Source: Patescibacteria group bacterium
GTDB taxonomy: Bacteria > Patescibacteriota > Minisyncoccia > Phycocordibacterales > UBA9973
DNA: 41,460 nt
NCBI GenBank assembly: GCA_043818335.1
Contig: JBDRFV010000019.1
Location: 1 to 41,460 of the forward strand
Reading direction: 5' to 3'
The stretch's first letter is position 1; every line of letters starts with the position of its first letter. A program made the position numbers and the translations under genes. The notes beneath the pieces were generated by a model, which was not told the DNA's origin, did no database searches, and saw nothing but the letters and a program-made list of their open reading frames with translations. Below, piece by piece: positions 35,631 through 41,460 of the stretch.

Positions 35631-36911
35631 ATGACTATATTTTCAGGAATAATTTATGTTTTGACGTTTTTGTCTGTGTATGTGCAGGTGTTTTTTTTGA
35701 TTATTTTTTTAGAAAGAAGAAAGAATATTCTTGTTAGAACTGGATCAATTGAGTTAAAAGAATATTTTGGAGTCACCGTAATTATTCCTTGTTATAATGC
35801 AGGAAGCACAATCACAGGAACCATAGATTCTCTTTTAAATTTAGATTATCCAAAAGATAAACTTAAGTTGATTATAATAGACGATGGTAGTAAAGATGAT
35901 ACTTGGGAGGTAATTCAAAAATATAAAGAAGCAGAAAATATAAAAATTTTTCATAAAGAAAATGGTGGGAAATATACTGCTCTTAATGTGGGACTTGAAA
36001 TTACTGAAACTCCATTTGTGGGTTGTTTGGACCCAGATTCTTTTGTTGATTCTCAAGCATTAAAAAGAATCATGTCTTATTTTGAAGACAAAGAAACAAT
36101 GGCTGTCGCTCCTTCTATTTTAGTTGATAGTCCAAAAAATATATTACAAGGTGCACAGAAAGCTGAATATGATATGGCTGTTTATAATAAAAAAATGTTG
36201 GCATTTCTTGGCGGAATTCATGTTGCTCCTGGGCCGTTTTCTATTTTTAGAAAAAAAGTTTTTGAAGATTTAGGACCATATAGACGAGCACACAATACAG
36301 AAGATCAAGAAATAGCTTTGCGTATGCAGGAAAATTATTACAAGATAGAACATTGTCCAGATGCCTATGTTTATACAATTGCTCCAAATTCTGTTAAAAA
36401 ATTATATAGACAGAGACAGAGATGGATTTATGGTTTTATTAGAAATGCAATGGATTACAGGAGACTTTTATTTAAAAAGAAATTTGGTACGGTTGCTTTT
36501 TTTACAATTCCATCAGGTCTTATTTCTGTTATTTCTGTTGTTTTTTTACTTGCAATGTTGTTGTCTAATCTAGTTCAATTTATTCTAAAAAAAGTAGTTC
36601 AGATTAATGCAGTTGGAATTACTAATACTTTTTCTGGTTCTAATTTTAGTTTTGATTTCTTCTTTTTCGACACTAAAACTATTATTTTTATTTCTATTAT
36701 TTTATACACTTCTATCATTACAGCTTTATTAATAGGTAGAACAATAATTGAAGGAAGACCAAGGGTTTCTTTTGATATGTTTTATTTTATGATTATTTAT
36801 AGTGCAATAGCGCCGTTTTGGATTTTTAAAGCTATTATTAATACAATAAGATCTAAAGAAGCTAGTTGGACCTTGGAAATAGACAAAAGAGATGCTAAAC
36901 TAGCTAAATAA
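35631..36911 (+). CDS. membrane-embedded processive family-2 glycosyltransferase (NodC/PgaC/IcaA-like synthase)
   Basis: An N-terminal TM helix is followed by IIPCYNAG, DDGSKDDT, CLDPDS and the processive signature QRQRW. The C-terminus has several TM helices. Confidence 0.85.
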   Translation: MTIFSGIIYVLTFLSVYVQVFFLIIFLERRKNILVRTGSIELKEYFGVTVIIPCYNAGSTITGTIDSLLNLDYPKDKLKLIIIDDGSKDDTWEVIQKYKEAENIKIFHKENGGKYTALNVGLEITETPFVGCLDPDSFVDSQALKRIMSYFEDKETMAVAPSILVDSPKNILQGAQKAEYDMAVYNKKMLAFLGGIHVAPGPFSIFRKKVFEDLGPYRRAHNTEDQEIALRMQENYYKIEHCPDAYVYTIAPNSVKKLYRQRQRWIYGFIRNAMDYRRLLFKKKFGTVAFFTIPSGLISVISVVFLLAMLLSNLVQFILKKVVQINAVGITNTFSGSNFSFDFFFFDTKTIIFISIILYTSIITALLIGRTIIEGRPRVSFDMFYFMIIYSAIAPFWIFKAIINTIRSKEASWTLEIDKRDAKLAK

Positions 36912-36915
36912 TAAT

Positions 36916-37623
36916 ATGCCAAATTCACAACAACAATTTGATTGGAAAAGATATCTGATAGTGTTTTTTATAACACTCGGCCTGTTTTTGACAGCTATTT
37001 ATTTAAGTAATTATTTTAGTAATAAAAAATTAAATCAACTCAAGTCTATTCAAGATACTATTTCTATAGATATACTATCTTCTGAAACACAGTTTTCACT
37101 TCTTTCTGAAATGTCATGTAAAAATGTTTCCGGTTCTATTTTGTCAGGCGAGTTAGGTGAATTAGGTCAGAAAATAGAATGGGGACAAAATAATATTGGC
37201 ACAACAGAAGAGTTAGTTTATTTAAAAAAATACTATTCTTTACTTCAGATTAAAGATTATTTACTCTCAAAAAAGATTTCTTCTAAATGTGGTATAAAAT
37301 CAGCATTTATACTTTATTTTTATACTACTGCACAAAACTGTAGTGAATGTGAAAAAGAAAGTATAGTTCTTTCTACTTTGCGTGATAAGTATCCAGAACT
37401 TCGAGTTTATTCTTTTGACTATAGTACTGATTTGTCTGCAGTAAAAGCCATGCTTGATATTTATAAAATTAAAGACACAGCTTTGCCTGCACTTGTAATA
37501 GATGATAATTTATTGACTGGTTTTCAGTCCATTGAAGATTTAGAAAAGAAAATAAAAGAATCTTTTAAGCTTCAAGAAGCAGAACCAGTAACAGAATCTG
37601 AGACAAATAGTACTAAAAAATAG
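36916..37623 (+). CDS. membrane-anchored thioredoxin-fold-like protein (CxxC)
   Basis: A basic N-terminus and one TM helix imply an outward-facing C-terminus. The C-terminal region ILYFYTTAQNCSECEKE...RVYSFD...TALPALVIDD...TGF fits beta-CxxC-alpha...cis-Pro topology. It starts 4 nt after the GT2 stop. Confidence 0.5.
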   Translation: MPNSQQQFDWKRYLIVFFITLGLFLTAIYLSNYFSNKKLNQLKSIQDTISIDILSSETQFSLLSEMSCKNVSGSILSGELGELGQKIEWGQNNIGTTEELVYLKKYYSLLQIKDYLLSKKISSKCGIKSAFILYFYTTAQNCSECEKESIVLSTLRDKYPELRVYSFDYSTDLSAVKAMLDIYKIKDTALPALVIDDNLLTGFQSIEDLEKKIKESFKLQEAEPVTESETNSTKK

Positions 37624-37635
37624 GTTTATATTTTG

Positions 37636-37708
37636 AGCCGCCTCTCAGATTCGAACTGAGGACCTTCGCTTTACAAAAGCGTTGCTCTACCAACTGAGCT
37701 AAGGCGGC
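37636..37708 (-). tRNA. tRNA-Thr (anticodon UGU), no encoded CCA
   Basis: The hand-folded cloverleaf has acceptor GCCGCCT/AGGCGGC, D arm GCTC-AGTTGGTA-GAGC and anticodon loop TTTGTAA. The T arm is CTCAG-TTCGAAT-CTGAG. There is one A-A mismatch at 27:43. Confidence 0.85.
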
Positions 37709-37746
37709 TTGTTTAAATTATAAATATACTAACAAATTTTTACTTT

Positions 37747-38175
37747 TTATTCAATTCCTTCTTCTTCTTTTATTTTGTCTTTTATTTTTTTGATTTTATT
37801 TTTATAATCTGACATTTTTCTTAAAAAATTAGATACTTCCTTTTGTTCAACTTCTTTTTCTTCTCCCTCGCTTCGTTTTTTGGTAGTAATTTTTTTTATT
37901 TTTTCTATTAAAATTTTACCTATTTCTTTTGATTTCCTTTTTATAAAATGTGAAGAAATTACAGAAAAACGTATAATTAATACTAATAAAATAAAACCAT
38001 ATTTTCTAGAATTTTTTATAAACAGATGTTTAAATTCCTGAAGATCTGGTATTTTTATTACTGGTTTTTCTATTATTACTTGGTTTCCTTCTTTTTGTAA
38101 GATAATTAATTTATTGCCGATCATATATATGATTCCTGAGAGTGAAAGAAAGAATAAAGTTAAAATTATTGCCAT
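37747..38175 (-). CDS. hypothetical membrane protein with Lys/Glu-rich C-terminus
   Basis: 142 aa with two hydrophobic helices. It lies downstream of tsf in the same orientation. Confidence 0.5.
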   Translation of the reverse strand: MAIILTLFFLSLSGIIYMIGNKLIILQKEGNQVIIEKPVIKIPDLQEFKHLFIKNSRKYGFILLVLIIRFSVISSHFIKRKSKEIGKILIEKIKKITTKKRSEGEEKEVEQKEVSNFLRKMSDYKNKIKKIKDKIKEEEGIE

Positions 38176-38210
38176 GATATTTTAATATATTTTAATTTAA
38201 TTAATTTAAT

Positions 38211-38990
38211 CTAAATTGAATAATATTTTACTTCTTTGATTTTAGCACCAGCTTTTTCTAAAAGCTTTCCAATTGTTTCTTCTGGATTTTTAATAAAAGG
38301 TTGTTCTGTTAGGGTTTTTTCTTTGAAATAAGTATTAATTTTACCTTCTAGCATTTTTTTCTTAATATCTTCCGGTTTATTTATTGTAGCCACTTCTTTT
38401 TCAAATATTTCTTGCATAGTCTTTTTTATTTTTTCTGGTATTTCATCTGAAGAAATATATTCAGGTTTCATTGCAGCTATATGCATTGCGATATCTTTTG
38501 CTAATTCTGAAGTTCCACCTTCTAGGCTTACTATTACAGCAGCTCTATTATTATGAACATAATTTCCTAATACAGATCCTTCTATAACGAAAGCGTCTCC
38601 TAATTGTATATTTTCTCCAGTTTTTTGAACAATAGGATCTATTAAATCTTTTGCAGTTTTTTTCATTTTTTCAATACCTTCAGAAATTGCTTTATCTGTT
38701 AGTTTTTGTAATAAATCTATAAAGTCTTGATTTTTTGAAACGAAATCAGTTTCGCAAAGCAATGCAACTAAAGTTGATTTGTTATTTTCGGTTTTTATCA
38801 TAACTGAGCCACTGTTTAGTTGACGCTCAGCTTTTTTGAGTGCAATTTCAGAACTTGTTTTCTTTAAGATAGCTAAGGCTTTATTTTTGTCTCCCTCAGC
38901 TTCTTCTAGAGCTTTTTTACATTGCATAACAGAGATTCCAGTAGAATCTCTAAGTTCCTTGACTAATTCTGTGGTTATTTTTATTGACAT
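38211..38990 (-). CDS. tsf: elongation factor Ts
   Basis: It has the N-terminal UBA-like ELVKELRDSTGISVMQCKKALEEA and follows rpsB. Confidence 0.93.
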   Translation of the reverse strand: MSIKITTELVKELRDSTGISVMQCKKALEEAEGDKNKALAILKKTSSEIALKKAERQLNSGSVMIKTENNKSTLVALLCETDFVSKNQDFIDLLQKLTDKAISEGIEKMKKTAKDLIDPIVQKTGENIQLGDAFVIEGSVLGNYVHNNRAAVIVSLEGGTSELAKDIAMHIAAMKPEYISSDEIPEKIKKTMQEIFEKEVATINKPEDIKKKMLEGKINTYFKEKTLTEQPFIKNPEETIGKLLEKAGAKIKEVKYYSI

Positions 38991-39001
38991 ATTTTTTTAG
39001 A

Positions 39002-39715
39002 TTATTCTTTGCTTGGAGCAGACATTTGTCCTGCTTTATAAGCATTAGAAATTTGAGTAATAAAAAATTTAATCGAAGGTATTGAAGCGTCATTTGCTAC
39101 AATAGGATAATCTAACTGTTTTATGTTTGTATCTGAGTTTGTTAATGTAATTACAGGTATATCACATTTTCTTGCTTCTGTTGCTGCAATATGTTCAGTT
39201 TTTGCATCTACTATAAATAAAGCATCTGGGATTTTTTTAACACCAAGCAATCCAGTATAATATCTTGCGAGTTTTTCCATTTTTTTAGATAAAACTAATC
39301 TTTCTTTTTTTGTATATTTCTGTAATTCACCTGAAGTACTATCTGCTTTATAATTTTCTAATTCTAAAATTCTTTTTTTAATTTCTGTAAAATTACTAAT
39401 AGTTCCACCAATCCAACGTTCGGTAACATATGGCATATTTAATGATTCAGCAGTATTTCTAACAGCTTCTTTTGCTTCTGGTTTTGTGCCAACAAAAAGA
39501 ATAATTTTTTTAGTAGACCCTAGTTTTTTAATAAATTCAGAAGCTTCTTCGAGCATTGAATTTGTCTTTTCTAAATTTATTATGTCTGTTTTGTTTTTAG
39601 TTGTATATATAAAAGGAGAAACAGAAGGGTGTCTTCTAGTTTTTGAATAACCATATTGCGCACCAGTTTTAAACATTTCTTCTACTAAATTTTTGTTATT
39701 TTCTACTTTTTGCAT
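39002..39715 (-). CDS. rpsB: 30S ribosomal protein S2
   Basis: MQKVENNKNLVEEMFKTGAQYGYSKTRRHPS... The start is set at the ATG at 39715. The track's 32-codon extension to 39811 overlaps the proS start. Confidence 0.92.
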   Translation of the reverse strand: MQKVENNKNLVEEMFKTGAQYGYSKTRRHPSVSPFIYTTKNKTDIINLEKTNSMLEEASEFIKKLGSTKKIILFVGTKPEAKEAVRNTAESLNMPYVTERWIGGTISNFTEIKKRILELENYKADSTSGELQKYTKKERLVLSKKMEKLARYYTGLLGVKKIPDALFIVDAKTEHIAATEARKCDIPVITLTNSDTNIKQLDYPIVANDASIPSIKFFITQISNAYKAGQMSAPSKE

Positions 39716-39798
39716 AAGGTTTATTCTAGCAGAAAGAGCTTGTTTTTGCAAATTCTTTAACCTTTGACCAAAAGGGTTTTTTAGGTTAATATAGATGA

Positions 39799-41460
39799 AT
39801 GAGACAATCAAAATACTTTCTAAAAACCAGTAAAACTTTTTCAGAAGATGACAATAAAATTGTTTCGTCTAAGTTGTTAAAACAGGCTGGTTATATTATT
39901 GAGTCTGTAGCTGGACGGTATTATTTTTTACCAATTGGACAAAGAGTTCAGCAAAAAATTATATCTGTAATAAAAAAAGAAATGGATGCTATTGGTGCGC
40001 AGGAAATGGTTACCCCTATTTTGCATCCTTTAGAATTATGGAAAGAAACAAACCGTACTAGTACTACTGGATTTGAACTAATGAAAGTTAAAGATAGACG
40101 TGAAGGTGAGTTTGCTTTAGGTGGTACAGCAGAAGAAATGTTTGTGGATTTAGTTAGAAAATATCAATTAAGCTATAAAGACTTACCATTTCATCTTTAT
40201 CAATTTTCTCCAAAATTTCGTGATGAATTAAGGGCACGTGGAGGGCTTTTACGAGTAAGAGAATTTATTATGAAAGACGGATATTCTTTTCACAGGGATG
40301 AGAAAGATTTTACACAGACTTATGAAGAAATGAAAAAAGTATATAGTAAGATTTTTGAAAAATTAGATTTGAAAACTGATATTGTTGAAGCTGATAATGG
40401 TTATATAGGAGGTGAATACTGCCATGAATTTGTAGTTGAGTCTGAAATTGGTGAGACAAAATATTTTGCAACAGAAGACGGAAGTTATGCTACTCATGAA
40501 GATGTGGCTGAATTTAAAAAAGAAGAAAAAAATCTCAGTGAAAATTTAGAAGAAATGCAGGAAGTTCCAGCGCCACGTGGATCTACTATGGAAGATGGTG
40601 TAAATTTTCATAAAATGCCTCTATGGCAACAAATAAAAGATGTGTTGTTTGTTGATGAGAAAGGAAGGTTTGTATTAGCTATAATACGTGGAGATTTTGA
40701 TGTAAATGAAACTAAGCTTAGAAATCTCGTAAATTCTGTAGAGTTACGTCAGGCTACAGAAGAAGAAATAAGAGAAAAGATAGGTTCAGAACCAGGATTT
40801 ATTTCGCCTGTTGGGATTCGTGATAATTTAACAGAAGATATTGATTTAATAATTGTTGCAGATGATTCTATTAGAACTGTTAAAAATTTTTATGGTGGAG
40901 CAAATAAAAAAAATACTGATTTATTAAATGTAAATATTGATCGTGATTATAAAGTAGATATTGAAGGTAATATAGCTCTAATAAAAGAAGGATGTGTTTC
41001 TAAAAAAGGTGAAAAATTAATTGAAAAAAGAGGTATTGAGGTGGGAAATATTTTTCAGCTTGGTTATCATTATACAAAACTTATGAAAGGTTCTATTTTT
41101 ATTGATGAAGACGGAAAAGAGAAACCTTACTACATGGGATGTTATGGAATTGGAGTTGGGAGAACAATGGCTACTGTTGTTGAAAAATTTCATGACGATA
41201 AAGGAATAATTTGGCCAGAATCTGTTGCGCCATTTTTGGTGCATTTGTTGGTTCTCGGTGATAAAGAAGAAGTAAAGAAAGAAGCAGATAAGTTATATTC
41301 TGATTTAAATAAAAAAAATATAGAAGTGTTATTTGATGACAGAACAGATATTTCTGCTGGAGAAAAATTTGCTGATGCTGATTTATTGGGAATGCCATAC
41401 AGAGTAGTTGTTTCAGAAAGAAGTTTAAAAGAAGGTGGATTTGAAATTAAAAAAAGAAAT
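39799..41460 (+). CDS. proS: proline--tRNA ligase, bacterial type with INS editing domain (3' end beyond window)
   Basis: It is absent from the ORF track because there is no stop in the window. Hand translation gives an open frame of 554 codons. It reads MRQSKYFLKTSKTFSEDDNKIVSSKLLKQAGYIIESVAGRYYFLPIG.., FRDELRARGGLLRVREFIMKDGYSFH, YMGCYGIGVGRTMA. Confidence 0.9.
   Translation, partial: MRQSKYFLKTSKTFSEDDNKIVSSKLLKQAGYIIESVAGRYYFLPIGQRVQQKIISVIKKEMDAIGAQEMVTPILHPLELWKETNRTSTTGFELMKVKDRREGEFALGGTAEEMFVDLVRKYQLSYKDLPFHLYQFSPKFRDELRARGGLLRVREFIMKDGYSFHRDEKDFTQTYEEMKKVYSKIFEKLDLKTDIVEADNGYIGGEYCHEFVVESEIGETKYFATEDGSYATHEDVAEFKKEEKNLSENLEEMQEVPAPRGSTMEDGVNFHKMPLWQQIKDVLFVDEKGRFVLAIIRGDFDVNETKLRNLVNSVELRQATEEEIREKIGSEPGFISPVGIRDNLTEDIDLIIVADDSIRTVKNFYGGANKKNTDLLNVNIDRDYKVDIEGNIALIKEGCVSKKGEKLIEKRGIEVGNIFQLGYHYTKLMKGSIFIDEDGKEKPYYMGCYGIGVGRTMATVVEKFHDDKGIIWPESVAPFLVHLLVLGDKEEVKKEADKLYSDLNKKNIEVLFDDRTDISAGEKFADADLLGMPYRVVVSERSLKEGGFEIKKRN

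Noticed and set aside
35395-37623. Glycocin/RiPP-like cluster (Cys-rich peptide + GT2 + thiol-disulfide oxidoreductase, as in sublancin).
   Set aside because: The GT2 has the QxxRW processive polysaccharide-synthase signature and many TM helices, unlike soluble SunS-type peptide glycosyltransferases. The smORF has its own strong terminator. No leader with a double-Gly cleavage site precedes the Cys-rich part, and there is no transporter or peptidase. This is kept only as a weak alternative.
39760-39775. Third occurrence of the TTTAACCTTT core of the orphan-gene 5' motif, upstream of proS.
   Set aside because: Only 10 nt match and the spacing to the ATG differs. This is plausibly chance in AT-rich DNA.
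41017-41398. Two 75-aa minus-strand track ORFs.
   Set aside because: They are antisense to the clearly conserved proS frame.

Overview
This is a very AT-rich (roughly 30% G+C by eye), gene-dense bacterial chromosome segment. It uses the standard code: TAA, TAG and TGA all terminate long conserved ORFs. Lys-rich protein tails, domain fusions, a shortened SMC and the absence of Shine-Dalgarno-like sequences suggest a CPR/Patescibacteria (Parcubacteria-like) genome.

The content is almost all housekeeping. In order:
- a DUF2779-type nuclease, a 23S rRNA 5' fragment, and a PheRS with mitochondrial-like monomeric architecture;
- gyrB, thrS, two paralogous surface proteins, and rpmF;
- a NusB-Nudix fusion, rnc, a NYN protein, an orphan ORF, and a short smc;
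- a DD-carboxypeptidase/CapA fusion, rnr, rpsP, a KhpA-like KH protein, two orphan ORFs, and trmD;
- a 581-aa Cys-rich zinc-ribbon protein, then rpoB, rpoC, dnaG and rpoD;
- a 53-aa Cys-rich smORF not in the ORF track, a processive GT2 synthase, and a membrane thioredoxin-like protein;
- tRNA-Thr(UGU), tsf, rpsB, and a proS that runs off the 3' window edge and is also absent from the ORF track.

The most unusual signal is a family of short (about 25-95 nt) GC-rich, hairpin-forming elements. They sit in intergenic regions, including a nested cluster at 15.8-16.5 kb. They also sit in frame inside conserved genes (rnr, gyrB, thrS twice, trmD, rpoB, DUF2779), where they encode small Gly/Ala/Ser/Pro/Glu-rich loops. 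The rnr insert is nearly identical at nucleotide level to a module of the intergenic repeat. This resembles Rickettsia palindromic elements, and I know of no description of it in this kind of genome.

Secondary points are the truncated or interrupted 23S rRNA 5' domain with its own terminator, several domain fusions, and a hinge-less mini-SMC downstream of rnc.

No CRISPR array, transposase, integrase or recognisable defence system was seen. All family calls come from remembered motifs, not searches. Coordinates of small elements were indexed by hand and may be off by 1-2 nt.
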